From: Polyangiales bacterium
Lineage (GTDB): Bacteria; Myxococcota_A; Polyangia; Polyangiales; JADJQN01
Assembly: GCA_964202905.1 (NCBI GenBank)
Contig: CAXNJO010000007.1
Coordinates: 165,095-229,094 of the forward strand
Direction of reading: 5' to 3'
Length of the DNA stretch: 64,000 nt
This document shows positions 10,090 through 20,009 of the stretch, one piece after another. The position numbers and the translations under genes were made by a program. Positions within the stretch are counted from its first letter, which is position 1, and each line of letters begins with the position of its first letter. The notes under the pieces are model-generated. The model had not been told where the DNA came from and did not search any database. It was given only the letters and a program-made list of their open reading frames with translations.

Positions 10090-11073
10090 ATGAGCAGCGG
10101 GCTGATGCAGGGCACGACGTCGACCGCGCAGGGGCGCGGATTCCGTCGCATCGTCGTGCTGCTGATCTGGCTGGTCACCGTGCCGACGGCGCTGCTGCTC
10201 GTCGTCGGCAGCCTGATGCTCGTCTTCAACGAGACGAACCTCAACGTGTTGTTCGGGATCTTCGTGCTCGCGCTCGTCGGCTGCACGGTCACCGGGGTCA
10301 CGCTCTCGCTCGTGTTCCTGCGCCGCGAGGCCAACCTCTCGAAGCTGCAGATGGACTTCGTGTCGAAGGTCAGCCACGAGTTGAAGACGCCGCTCACGTC
10401 GATCCGCATGTTCGTCGACATGCTCCACATGAAGCGCGCGGCGAGCCCTGCGGAGCTCGAGCAGTGCATCGCCGTCCTCCAGAAGGAGACGACGCGCCTC
10501 AACGAGCGCATCGATCGCCTGCTCGACTGGGGGCGCATGGAGGCGGGGCGGCGCGTGTACGACCTGCACGTCGAGAGCGTGTCCGCGATCGTCGAGGACG
10601 CGCGCACGGCCTTCGCGGCGAGCACCGTCGGGCGCGGCGTGACGCTCGACGTGCGCGTGCCGAGCGGGCTCCCGCAGGTCCTCGCGGATCGCGCCGCGAT
10701 GGAGGACGCGCTGCTCAACCTGCTGACGAACGCCTACAAATACACGGGCGACGACAAGCAGATCGTGCTGGGTGCGCGCGCGGACGAGGCGAACGTCTAT
10801 CTCTGGGTGCGCGACAACGGCATCGGCATCCCGCGTCGCGAGCACCGGCGCGTCTTCGAGAAGTTCTACCGCGTCGACGAGCGCCTCTCGCGGGCGATCG
10901 AGGGCTCCGGGCTCGGCCTCGCGATCGTGCGGCACGTCGTGCTCGCGCACCGCGGCCGCATCGATCTCGAGAGCGATCCGGGGCGCGGGAGCACCTTCAC
11001 GATCGTGCTGCCCCAGGCGCCCGTGAAGTCGCTCGCGGGTTCGCAACTCCCGGCCGCGGGGCCGGCATCGTGA
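10090..11073 (+). CDS. Two-component sensor histidine kinase (2 TM, very short extracellular loop)
   Basis: H-box VSHELKTPLTSI, N-box NLLTNAYKY, DNGIG, FYR, GSGLGL; ATG 10090 preferred (10078 possible). Confidence 0.93.
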   Translation: MSSGLMQGTTSTAQGRGFRRIVVLLIWLVTVPTALLLVVGSLMLVFNETNLNVLFGIFVLALVGCTVTGVTLSLVFLRREANLSKLQMDFVSKVSHELKTPLTSIRMFVDMLHMKRAASPAELEQCIAVLQKETTRLNERIDRLLDWGRMEAGRRVYDLHVESVSAIVEDARTAFAASTVGRGVTLDVRVPSGLPQVLADRAAMEDALLNLLTNAYKYTGDDKQIVLGARADEANVYLWVRDNGIGIPRREHRRVFEKFYRVDERLSRAIEGSGLGLAIVRHVVLAHRGRIDLESDPGRGSTFTIVLPQAPVKSLAGSQLPAAGPAS

Positions 11074-11801
11074 GCGAGATGGAGCTCGGCGGTCCACGGC
11101 GGCGCATCCTCGTCGTCGAGGACGATCCGTCCATCTCGCTCGGCCTGCGCATGAACCTCGAGTCGGAAGGCTACGAGGTCGCCGTCGCGGAGGACGGCGA
11201 GCAGGGCGTCGCGCGCGCGCTGGAGGGCTGGGACCTGCTGATCCTCGACGTCATGCTCCCGCACGCGAACGGCTTCGAGGTGCTGAAAGCGCTGCGCGCC
11301 CGCGGGGTCCGCACGCCCGTCATCATGCTGAGCGCGCGGAACAGCGAGCTCGACAAGGTGCTCGGCCTCGAGCTCGGCGCCGAGGACTACGTCACCAAGC
11401 CCTTCAGCCTCGCGGAATTGCTGGCGCGCGTGCGTGTCGCGCTGCGGCGTCTCCCGATCGAGCGCGCGCAGGCGCCCGTGGCCGCGCCGAGCCGCGCCTG
11501 GCGTTTCGGCAACGTGGTCGTCGATCCCGAGACCCGCGAGGTGCGGCGCGGCGGCGCGCTCGTCGAGGTGACGGCCAAGGAGTTCGACATCCTCGCGACG
11601 CTGCTCGCGGTGCAGGGGCGCGTGCTGTCGCGGCAGCAGATCTTCGAGGCCGTGTGGGGGCCGAACCACCACGGCACGACCCGCACGATCGACAACTTCA
11701 TGGCGCAACTGCGAGGCAAACTCGAAGACGACGCGACCGCGCCGCGGCACCTCGTGACGGTCCGCGGCATCGGTTACCGGATCGTGGTCCAGGGGCCGTG
11801 A
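11070..11801 (+). CDS. OmpR/PhoB-family response regulator
   Basis: ILVVEDD, LDVMLP, GAEDYVTKPF, TIDNFMAQLRGKLE, TVRGIGY. Confidence 0.95.
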   Translation: MSEMELGGPRRRILVVEDDPSISLGLRMNLESEGYEVAVAEDGEQGVARALEGWDLLILDVMLPHANGFEVLKALRARGVRTPVIMLSARNSELDKVLGLELGAEDYVTKPFSLAELLARVRVALRRLPIERAQAPVAAPSRAWRFGNVVVDPETREVRRGGALVEVTAKEFDILATLLAVQGRVLSRQQIFEAVWGPNHHGTTRTIDNFMAQLRGKLEDDATAPRHLVTVRGIGYRIVVQGP

Positions 11802-12970
11802 CGGGGAGCGCCCGCGCCGCGGACGTCGTGATCGTGGGCGGGGGCCTCGCGGGCCTCGCGGTCGCGCATCTGCTCGTCCGCGCGGGCGTGCGGCGCGTCG
11901 TGCTGCTCGAGCGTGAGGCGCTGCTCGCGTCGCACGCGACGGCGCGCAACGCGGCGATCTTCTTGCCGGTCGAGCGCGACGAGGCCTCCATGCGGCTCGC
12001 GGCGCGGCAGGCCGCGCTGCTCGACGTGCTCTTCGAGGGGGACGCGTGGATCGAGCGGCGCGGCGCGTTGCTCGTCGCGGAGGACGCCGCGCGACTCGCG
12101 CCCGTGGCTGCCGCGGCACGTGCGGGCGGCCTCGCGTGCGAGTCGGTCGATCACCGTGCGCTCCTCGATGCGGTGCCGCTGCTCCGCGGTGGACGCGCGC
12201 GTGCGGGGCTCAGCGTGCCGGCGAGCGGCGTGCTCGACACGGGCGCGATCGTGGCTGCGCTCGCGTCGAGCGCGCGGGCAGGCGGCGCTGCGCTGCGCAC
12301 CGTGCAGGACGTGCGGCGCGTGCGCACGGAGCGCGGACGTGTGCTGGGGGTCGAGCTCGCGGACGGCACGACACTCGCGGCCGGCGCGGTGGTGATCGCG
12401 GGGGGCGCGTGGTCGGAGCGGCTCGCGGACGCCTCGGGGCTCGGCCTGCCGCTCGTGGCGCTGCGGCGTCACCTCGTCTGGCTCGCTGGGCCGCGCGACG
12501 CAGGCGGCATCGCGCGCGCGCCCGTCGTCTGGGCGGTCGACGATGAGGTGTATTTCCGCGGCGAGTCGGGCGGCGTCCTCGCGAGCCCGTGCGATGAGGA
12601 GCCGCATGCGCCCGGGGTGCCCGCGGTTTCGCCGCGCGCGCTCGAGTGCCTCGGCGAGAAGCTCGAGTCCCTCGCGCCGCGCCTCGCCGATGCGGGCGTT
12701 CGGCGCGCCTGGAGCTGTCTGCGCACCTTCGCGCCGGACCGCGTCTCGGTCGCCGGTGGCGATCCACGCGCGGCGGGCCTCGCGTGGCTCGCGGGGCTCG
12801 GCGGGCAGGGGATGACGCTCGGCCTCGCGGCGGCCGAGGTCACGGTCGGGGCGATTCTCGGCGAGGCGCACGCGCTCGCCCCGGCGCTCGGTCCCGCGCG
12901 GCTGCTCGACGCGGCGGATCCGCGCGGTGCCGTGCGCGCTGCGTCCACCGCCGGGGCGAACGCCTCGTGA
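11798..12970 (+). CDS. FAD-dependent oxidoreductase (DAO/glycine oxidase/DadA family)
   Basis: DVVIVGGGLAG, HATARNAA, LRTFAPDR, AGLGGQG; GTG overlaps regulator stop. Confidence 0.88.
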   Translation: MTGSARAADVVIVGGGLAGLAVAHLLVRAGVRRVVLLEREALLASHATARNAAIFLPVERDEASMRLAARQAALLDVLFEGDAWIERRGALLVAEDAARLAPVAAAARAGGLACESVDHRALLDAVPLLRGGRARAGLSVPASGVLDTGAIVAALASSARAGGAALRTVQDVRRVRTERGRVLGVELADGTTLAAGAVVIAGGAWSERLADASGLGLPLVALRRHLVWLAGPRDAGGIARAPVVWAVDDEVYFRGESGGVLASPCDEEPHAPGVPAVSPRALECLGEKLESLAPRLADAGVRRAWSCLRTFAPDRVSVAGGDPRAAGLAWLAGLGGQGMTLGLAAAEVTVGAILGEAHALAPALGPARLLDAADPRGAVRAASTAGANAS

Positions 12971-14439
12971 GTCCGCGCGGCGAACACCCCGCTTCGCGTC
13001 TCCGGGACGCCGTCGAGCGCTGGCGTGCGGGCGAGGCGCGCGCGCGTGTCGAACGCTGGGCCGCAAGGCCTGACGCGCCGGGCGCTGTGGATGTCGCGGC
13101 GCAGCATGGCTGGCTGCGCGGGGCCGAGGCCCGCGAGTCGTGCGCGCAACTCGTCGCGGACGGAGCGCTCTCGCCAGACGAGGGCGGGGCGATGGCGGGA
13201 CATCTCGCGCGCGCCGTGGCCGAGCATGCGCTCGCGCCCGCGCGCGACGCGCTCCGTGCGCAGGCGTCCTCGCGCGTGAGCGTCGACGGGGACTCGGTGC
13301 CGCTCCTGGAGCTCGTGGTCGATCTGCCCCTCGAGCCGCGCGCGCCGTCGCGCGCGCGCGTCGCGGCGGTCGAAGCGGCGGCGGAGCGACAGCGTCCCCG
13401 GCTCCTCGACGCGCGCGCGCTCGCCGACGCCGAAGGCACCCGTGCGCTCGCTGCGCTGCCGTCTCGCCCCGACGCGGGCCCCGCGCCCGACGCGCTCCGG
13501 ACGGAGGCGGAGGCGCTGCTCGCCGCGACGGACGACGCCGCGAACGAGCTCGTCGCGGCCGCGGTGCGCGCGCGCGTCGCCGAGCCGAGCCCCGGCGGGC
13601 CGCGCTGGCACGACGTGCTCGCGGCGCTCCGCGCGCCCGCGCTCGACGGGCAATTCGCGTCGGCGTCGCGCTTCCGGCGGATCGGCGCATCGCTCGCCCC
13701 GCTCGGCTTTTCGCGCGAGCTCGGCGCGCACGTCCGCGTCGTCGGCGCGCACGGCGGGCTCGACCCGCGCGCCCGCCTCGCGGTGCTCGCGGCGCCCCAC
13801 GATCTCCGGATCGCCGCGCCGACCGTCGAGCACGGCCTCGCGACCGAACTCTCCGCGGTCGACGTGACGGGCCGTGCCCTCGCGCTCTCGCTCGGCTCCG
13901 TCGGTCTCCCACCGGCGCTCGCGCGCCCCCTCGACGCCAGCGTCGCGCGCACGTTCGGCGCGGTGCTCGCTCAGCTCCTCGCGGATCGCGGCTTCGTCCG
14001 GCGGGTCCTCGGCCTCACCGGTCGCGCGCTCGAGGACGTCACGCGCGCCGCAGCGCTCCTCACACTGCTCGCGCTGCGCGTGGACGCGGCCGTCGTGCTC
14101 GTGCGGGGCCAGCCGTCGGCCGATCGCGCCGAGGCGGCCGCCGTGTGGCTCAGCCGCGCGCTCGGCGGCGCCCGCATCCCGGTCTCGCTCGCCACGCTCG
14201 TCGCGCTCACGCCCGGCGCGGGCGCGGCGCGCTTTCGCGGTCGACGCGGCGGGCTCGCGCTGCACGTCGCGCTCCGCGAGCACGCCGACGAAGACTGGTT
14301 CCGCAACCCGCGCACGTCCGCGCTGCTCCGCGCCCTCGCTGCGCGTGGCGGAGCCCTCGGCGTCGAGGCCGCGCTCGCCGAGCTGGGCGGCGCACCCTCC
14401 GCGGCGCTCGAGCGTTGCCGCGAGCTGGTCGGACGATGA
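12967..14439 (+). CDS. Hypothetical protein, remote M3-peptidase-like without an HExxH motif
   Basis: GTG overlaps upstream stop; C-terminal LREHADEDWFRNPR resembles M3-like families; no HExxH. Confidence 0.55.
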   Translation: MSPRGEHPASRLRDAVERWRAGEARARVERWAARPDAPGAVDVAAQHGWLRGAEARESCAQLVADGALSPDEGGAMAGHLARAVAEHALAPARDALRAQASSRVSVDGDSVPLLELVVDLPLEPRAPSRARVAAVEAAAERQRPRLLDARALADAEGTRALAALPSRPDAGPAPDALRTEAEALLAATDDAANELVAAAVRARVAEPSPGGPRWHDVLAALRAPALDGQFASASRFRRIGASLAPLGFSRELGAHVRVVGAHGGLDPRARLAVLAAPHDLRIAAPTVEHGLATELSAVDVTGRALALSLGSVGLPPALARPLDASVARTFGAVLAQLLADRGFVRRVLGLTGRALEDVTRAAALLTLLALRVDAAVVLVRGQPSADRAEAAAVWLSRALGGARIPVSLATLVALTPGAGAARFRGRRGGLALHVALREHADEDWFRNPRTSALLRALAARGGALGVEAALAELGGAPSAALERCRELVGR

Positions 14440-14485
14440 GCGCGCGGCTTGACGCTGACCGCCCGCGGACCGCAAGAATCGCCGC

Positions 14486-15790
14486 GTGAACCAGTACGCC
14501 TCGCGCCGTGCGCGCCTCGTCGAGTCCATGGGCCCCGCGTCCGTCGCGGTCTTCTCGGCGGCCCCGGTCGCCATCCGCAACCACGACGTCGAGCACGAGT
14601 ACCGGCAGGAGAGCGACCTGTACTACCTCAGCGGCTTCGACGAGCCGGAGAGCGTGCTCGTGCTCGCGCCGCACCACCCTCAGCACCGCGTCGTGCTCTT
14701 CGTGCGGCCTCGCGATCCGGCGCGCGAGATCTGGGACGGTCCGCGCGCGGGCGTCGACGGCGCGGTCGCACGCTTCGGCGCGGACGTGGCGTATCCGATC
14801 GCCGAGCTCGCCGAGCGCCTCCCCGAGTACCTCACGAACACGCGGCGGCTCTACTACCGCATCGGCCGCGACCGCGCGTTCGACGACCGCGTCCTCGCCG
14901 CGATCGCCGTGGTGCGGGCGCGGCAGCGGCTCGGCGTGACGGCGCCCCACGAACTCGTCGATCCCGGCGTGTTCGTCCACGAGCAGCGGCTCCGCAAGGA
15001 CGAGCACGAGCTTTCGTCCATGGGTGCGGCCGTCGAGGCGACGCGCGTCGGACACGCCCGCGCGATGGGCGCCGCGCGTCCCGGGGCCTTCGAGTACGAA
15101 GTCGAGGCCGAGCTGCTTCACGCCTTCCGCGCGCACGGCGCCGAGCGTCCGGCGTACGGATCGATCGTCGGCTCCGGTCCCAACGCCACCATCCTCCACT
15201 ATCGCAAGAACGACCGCCGCCTCGAGGCGGGTGACCTCCTGCTCATCGATGCGGGCGCCGAGCACGGCTACTACGCCGCCGACGTGACGCGCACGTTCCC
15301 GGTGAGCGGGACGTTCACGGCGCCGCAGCGTGCGATCTACGACCTCGTGCTCGCCGCGCAGGACGCCGCGATCGCCGTGGTCCGCCCGGGGGCGACGCTC
15401 GACGCGGTGCACGACGCCGCGGTGCGCGTGCTCGCCGCGGGCCTCATCGAGCTGGGTCTCGTCACCGGCCCGCTCGACGAGGCGCTCGAGAAGGGGCTCT
15501 ACAAGCCCTTCTACATGCACCGCACCTCGCACTGGCTCGGCATGGACGTGCACGACGTCGGCAGCTACTTCGTCGACGGCCGGCCGCGTCCACTCGAGCC
15601 GGGCTTCGTGCTCACGGTCGAGCCGGGGATCTACATCTCCGCGACGGCCGAGGTCGCCCCCGAGTGGCGCGGCATCGGCGTGCGCATCGAGGACGACATC
15701 CTCGTCACCGCCGACGGCTCGCGGAACCTCACCGAGAGCATCCCGAAGCGCGCCGAGGAACTCGAGCAGATCCTCGCGCAGCGCGCGTGA
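14486..15790 (+). CDS. pepP: Xaa-Pro aminopeptidase P
   Basis: YRQESDLYYLSGFDEPES, LIDAGAE, ADVTRTFP, HRTSHWLGMDVHD, TVEPGIY, GVRIEDD. Confidence 0.95.
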   Translation: MNQYASRRARLVESMGPASVAVFSAAPVAIRNHDVEHEYRQESDLYYLSGFDEPESVLVLAPHHPQHRVVLFVRPRDPAREIWDGPRAGVDGAVARFGADVAYPIAELAERLPEYLTNTRRLYYRIGRDRAFDDRVLAAIAVVRARQRLGVTAPHELVDPGVFVHEQRLRKDEHELSSMGAAVEATRVGHARAMGAARPGAFEYEVEAELLHAFRAHGAERPAYGSIVGSGPNATILHYRKNDRRLEAGDLLLIDAGAEHGYYAADVTRTFPVSGTFTAPQRAIYDLVLAAQDAAIAVVRPGATLDAVHDAAVRVLAAGLIELGLVTGPLDEALEKGLYKPFYMHRTSHWLGMDVHDVGSYFVDGRPRPLEPGFVLTVEPGIYISATAEVAPEWRGIGVRIEDDILVTADGSRNLTESIPKRAEELEQILAQRA

Positions 15791-15808
15791 TGCCGCGCGG
15801 GCTCGCGC

Positions 15809-16985
15809 TCACCACGGGTCCGCGTGCCGCGGGTCGCGGACGAACGCCGCGTCGGTGAGCGACCGCAGGAACGCGAGCAGATCCGCGCGCTCCGCCGCGC
15901 TGATCGCGATGGGGCGGATGAACGGGCTCTTGAACGGATTGTTCGCGCCGTCGCCCGCGTTGGGGCCCGACGCGACCAGCCGCCCGCCGCGCGCGTAGTG
16001 GTCGAGCACGTCGTCGAGCGTCGCGGCGCTGCCGTCGTGGAAGTAGGGCGCGGTGAGCGCGACGTTGCGGAGCGTGGGCGCGCGGAAGCGGCCCATGTCC
16101 AGCGGGTCCGTGGTGACGCGCGCGAGCCCCGTGTCGGAGGCCGGGTAGCTGCCGCGCCCGTCGACGTCGTAGAGCCCGGTGTTGTGGAATTCCGTCTCGT
16201 CGAAGGCCGTCCCGTCGTGGCGCGTCGACTGGGAGAAGTTGAAGCCGCCGTGGCAGTGGAAGCAGTCGAAGCGCTCCTCGAAGAAGAGCGCGAGCCCGCG
16301 CCGCGCCGAGGCGTCGAGCGCGCTCGCGTCGCCGCCGTACGTCGCGCGGTCGTAGGGCGAGCGGTAGGAGACGAGCGTGCGCTCGAAGGCGGCGAGCGCG
16401 ACGACGATGTGGCGCACCGTGAACGGGTCCGGCTCCGCGCCGAAGGCCTCGGGGAAGAGGCTGCTGGTAACGCGGCTCCGCGCGCAATCGCGCGAGCAGC
16501 GCGTCCTCGCCGCCCGCGAGGCCGAGCTCGACCGGAAACTCCCCGAACATCGGGATCAGCGCCTGCTCCGCGAGCGAGCCGTGTAGGGGGCTCGCCCAGG
16601 TGAGCGCCGAGGTGTAGCCGGCGTTCGTCAGCGACATCGCGTTGCGGAAGTGCGCCTCGCCCGTCGAGCCCACCGACGTCGCGAGCCCGTCGGTGAACGC
16701 GAGCGCCTGCGCGTGGCAGGAGGCACAGGACTGCGTGCCGTTTCCCGAGAGTCGGCGGTCGTAGAACAGGTGGCGCCCGAGCTCGACGCGGGGCTGCGTG
16801 AGCGGCTCGTCGGGCGGGATCGCGGGGCGCGGATAGCCCGGCGGCAGCCCGAGCGGATAGCCATCTTCCGGCGTGACGGGGCCCGCGTCCGCGGTTCCCG
16901 CATCGACCGCGGAGGCGGGGGCCTCGTCGCACGCCGACAGCAGCGCGAGGGCGAGCGTGGCCGCGAGTGCGCCGCGCGGCGCCAC
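15809..16985 (-). CDS. mbnH: MbnH-family diheme (MauG/bCcP superfamily) enzyme; apparent +1 frameshift at ~16459
   Basis: Lipobox [59 protein letters not shown]; one extra C in 'cagcagcctcttc' splits the ORF. Confidence 0.88.
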
Positions 16986-16989
16986 GGGC

Positions 16990-17913
16990 TCAGGGACTCC
17001 CGACGGAGAAGAAGTCCTGCGCGGCCGGGCTCGTGCCGAAGGGCAGGCCGATGCTCGTGAACACGGCGCGGCACTCCGGGTCCGAGGCGGTCGACATGCA
17101 GCCGGGCGCGGTGCCGGCGCTGTTCGCCTGCAGGTCCAGGGTCCCGACGAGCGCCGCGTAGTCCGCGACGATCACGCCGCTCGAGGGGTCGAAACCATCG
17201 AGCGTGATGGTCGGACGATTCTCGAACTCGCAGCGGGTGACGCCACCCGTGGGGCTCCCGTTGCAGGCCGTGCTGCCGAGGTGCACGAGGAACGATGCGC
17301 CTCCGCTCGTCGCGTCGATCCGCGCGAACTTGTAGCCGCCCTGCCAGCCCCAGAAGAGCGAGGTGAGGTTGAGCGGCGCCCCCGCGCGCGACGCGTCGCG
17401 GTGGTTGAGCGCGAAGGGCACGCCGAGCGTGAAGCGCACGCCCGTGTACGGCCCGGGCGCCGCGCGACCGCGAACCACGTCGCGCGTGAGCGCGGTACCC
17501 GAGGTGCACGCGCCACTCCCGTCCTCGAAATCGAGGAGCGCGACGCCCTCTCCCTGCCAGGGAGATTCCTCGTCGAGGGTCACGGCGGCGCTGCTGCCAT
17601 CCGCGCGCAGCAACTCGAGCGCATGCACGTAGAAGCGGAAGTCGTTGAAGGTGACCGCTTGCGAGCCGTCCGGCCCGAGGCCTCCGAAGGTCGCGCCGCA
17701 CGCGGCATTCGCGGAGCCGACCCGCGCGGCGAAGCGAATCGTCACGGCTTCGTCGGCGACGTCCGCGTCATCTCCGGCGTCGAGCGCGACCGACGCGTCG
17801 AGCGCCGGGTCAGGGGGCGGCGCCGGCCCGTCGTCATCCCCGCAGGCGGCAGGGGCGAGGGAGAGCGCGGAGAGCGCCAGCGGGAGCCAGAGGGATGCGC
17901 GATCCGACGTCAT
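16990..17913 (-). CDS. mbnP: MbnP-family copper-binding lipoprotein (four-Cys motif)
   Basis: Lipobox PAAC; DFRFYV, LLDFEDGSGAC, FTLGVPFALNH, LFWGWQGGYKF, HLGSTAC, PGCMS; directly upstream of mbnH. Confidence 0.88.
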   Translation of the reverse strand: MTSDRASLWLPLALSALSLAPAACGDDDGPAPPPDPALDASVALDAGDDADVADEAVTIRFAARVGSANAACGATFGGLGPDGSQAVTFNDFRFYVHALELLRADGSSAAVTLDEESPWQGEGVALLDFEDGSGACTSGTALTRDVVRGRAAPGPYTGVRFTLGVPFALNHRDASRAGAPLNLTSLFWGWQGGYKFARIDATSGGASFLVHLGSTACNGSPTGGVTRCEFENRPTITLDGFDPSSGVIVADYAALVGTLDLQANSAGTAPGCMSTASDPECRAVFTSIGLPFGTSPAAQDFFSVGSP

Positions 17914-18040
17914 CGCGCGAGCCTCGCACGGTCTCGCGCGCCTCCGCCAGCGAGGCGCTTCGCGCTGCCATCGAGCGGGCATGAGCGGCCTCCGGCCTGT
18001 CGGCGTGACACGCTCCGGCTTCGACCCACGGAGGCCCGCG

Positions 18041-19490
18041 ATGAACCGATGCTGGACGGGAACGCTCGTCGTCGCGCTCGCGCTGTGCGCGTTCCCCATC
18101 GGAGCGCACGCGCAGGAGACGCTGGTCCTCTCGGCGCAGGGCTCGCACGTCGAGGTCCTCGGTGCCCCGGCGCAACCGCGCTACGCGGGGCTCGCGCCGT
18201 TCCTCGAGGCGCTCTCGCCGCATGGCGCTTGGCTCGATCTGCCGACCGTCGGCCTCGCGTGGCGTCCGGACCCGGCGATCGTCGGGCCCGCGTTCGTGCC
18301 GTACACGAGCCACGGGCGCTGGGTCGAGAGCGAGGTCGGGTGGGTCTTCGAGTCCGATTTTCCCTGGGGTTATGCGACGTTCCACTACGGCCGCTGGCTG
18401 CGCGACGCGGAGCACGGCTGGGTATGGACGCCCGACATGGCGTGGGGCGCGGCGTGGGTGGCGTGGCGCGTCGGTGGCGACCGTGTCGGCTGGGTGCCGC
18501 TGCCCCCCGAGGGATACGCCTACGCCCCCGCAGCAGGGCCTCTTTACGTGATCATTCCCCTCGTCTACCTCGCGGACCCGGGCTTCGCGCGGTACGTCGT
18601 CGCAGGCCCCGGCGCCGCGGGGTGGGTCGATGCGAGCGCGTCGTGCGAGCGCTGGTGGGACGATGGCGCGCGCGGCTGGCCCGCAGGGCCACGACCGATC
18701 GTGGCAGGCCCGCGCGGCGCCGGGACGCCGCTTCAGCCGCGCGGTGTCGTGACGGTGCGTCCGCCGCCGCGCGGGGTCGTTGCCGTGCGTCCTCCGGGCG
18801 GGGAAGGCGAGGTGCGTGGTCGCATCGTCGCGCGTCCATCGCCGGCGTCGGTCGAACGGCCGACCATCGCGGTCACCCCGGCGCCCTGGGGCAGCGCGCC
18901 ACCGGCACCGCCGCCGGCCTCGTCCGCTCGCCGCCGCTACGGCGTCGCGCGCACCGTGCTGCCCGCGCGCGAGGACGTCGGCTGGTGGCCCGGCCCGGGC
19001 ACGTCGGTCGCGGCTGCGGCCGGGGGCGCGTCTTCCTCCGCGAACCCGCGCTCCGCGCCATCGGGCCCACGCGACGGAAACGCTGCATCGTCCGCGGCGG
19101 CGCGCGGCAGTTCCTCGCGCAGCCTCGCAGCAGACCGCGCCAGCCTGCTCCGAATCCCGGACTCACCTGCTCGCCCGGCCGAGCGACGCTCGTTTCGGTT
19201 CGTCGGCGGAGCCCCCACGCAGCGCGCCGTCCGGCGGGTTCCGCGGCCGTTCCCCCGCAGAGGCGCTCCTGGAGATGCCCCCGGTGTTCCGCGCGGATCC
19301 GCCGCCTGTCGCGTCGGAGTCGTCGGCGAGGAGCGCGTCGCCCGAGTACACGACCCAGCCACCCGCGGCAGCATCGGCCGCGCGACCGGCGGTGGCTCCC
19401 TCCCGAAACGCTGATCCGGGCCCGTCGATGCCGCGCGTCGACGCGCCGTCGGCCTTCCGCGGATCGTTCTTCTCAGCGCCGCGCCGCTGA
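18041..19490 (+). CDS. DUF6600-domain secreted protein with Pro/Ala/Ser-rich tail; 3' end uncertain (19414, or 19490 with a frameshift)
   Basis: Signal peptide AHA-QE; Trp-rich LSPHGAW...PYTSHGRW...PWGYATFHYGRW...GWVPLPP. Confidence 0.7.
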
Positions 19491-19525
19491 TTTCAGCGCC
19501 GACTCCGCGGCTGCGCTGCGCGCGC

Positions 19526-19885
19526 TCAGCCCTCTTCTTCGTCCAGGAAGTCCCAGAGCGCCGTCATCCCGATCGCCAGGCCACAACGCTCGCAGAGGGG
19601 CGGTTGCTCGCGCTCGATCGTGTCGCCCCGGACGAAGAGCAGCAGGCCGTGCCCCGCCGGCTCGCCGTCGATCGCCTCGTCGCACGCGTGACAGCGCGTG
19701 GGCTCCGCGTCCGGCGCGCGCTGCGGCGGCGGCGTCGCGCCATCCCAGCGGAGCGCGAGAGGAACTTGCGCGGCGCGATCGCGTTCGCCGCCTCGCGCGT
19801 CGGCAGAGGCGCCAGCGGCGCCGACCGGCGCAGCCTCACCCCGCAGGCTGCGCGGGTCCCCCGAAGCTCCTCTGTGCGACGACAT
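19526..19885 (-). CDS. Small protein with CxxC...CxxC zinc-binding motif
   Basis: CHAC and CERC pairs, acidic C-terminus DEEEG; extended -10 (TGcTAAGGT) 7 nt before ATG 19885. Confidence 0.6.
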   Translation of the reverse strand: MSSHRGASGDPRSLRGEAAPVGAAGASADARGGERDRAAQVPLALRWDGATPPPQRAPDAEPTRCHACDEAIDGEPAGHGLLLFVRGDTIEREQPPLCERCGLAIGMTALWDFLDEEEG

Positions 19886-20009
19886 CGCGCGCACCTTAGC
19901 AGCGCGCGCGTCGGAGCGCAGCGGTGCGTCCGCCGGCCCGCAGCGGTGCTGCGGTCGAGCCCGCCCGCCCTTGTCTCCGCGGGATCAGCGGCACACATTG
20001 CCGCGCTCC

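Noticed and set aside
14449..14479. sigma70 promoter TTGACG...AAGAAT before pepP
   Set aside because: 19-nt spacer and a non-consensus first base; too weak to call.
15809..17913. Methanobactin biosynthetic cluster
   Set aside because: No mbnA, mbnB or mbnC recognisable; only the MbnP/MbnH pair.
16873..19899. Very long alternative-frame ORFs (this 1008-aa one, 33303-36182, 44671-47919 and similar)
   Set aside because: Arg/Ala/Pro-rich shadow ORFs expected at very high GC, overlapping well-supported genes.
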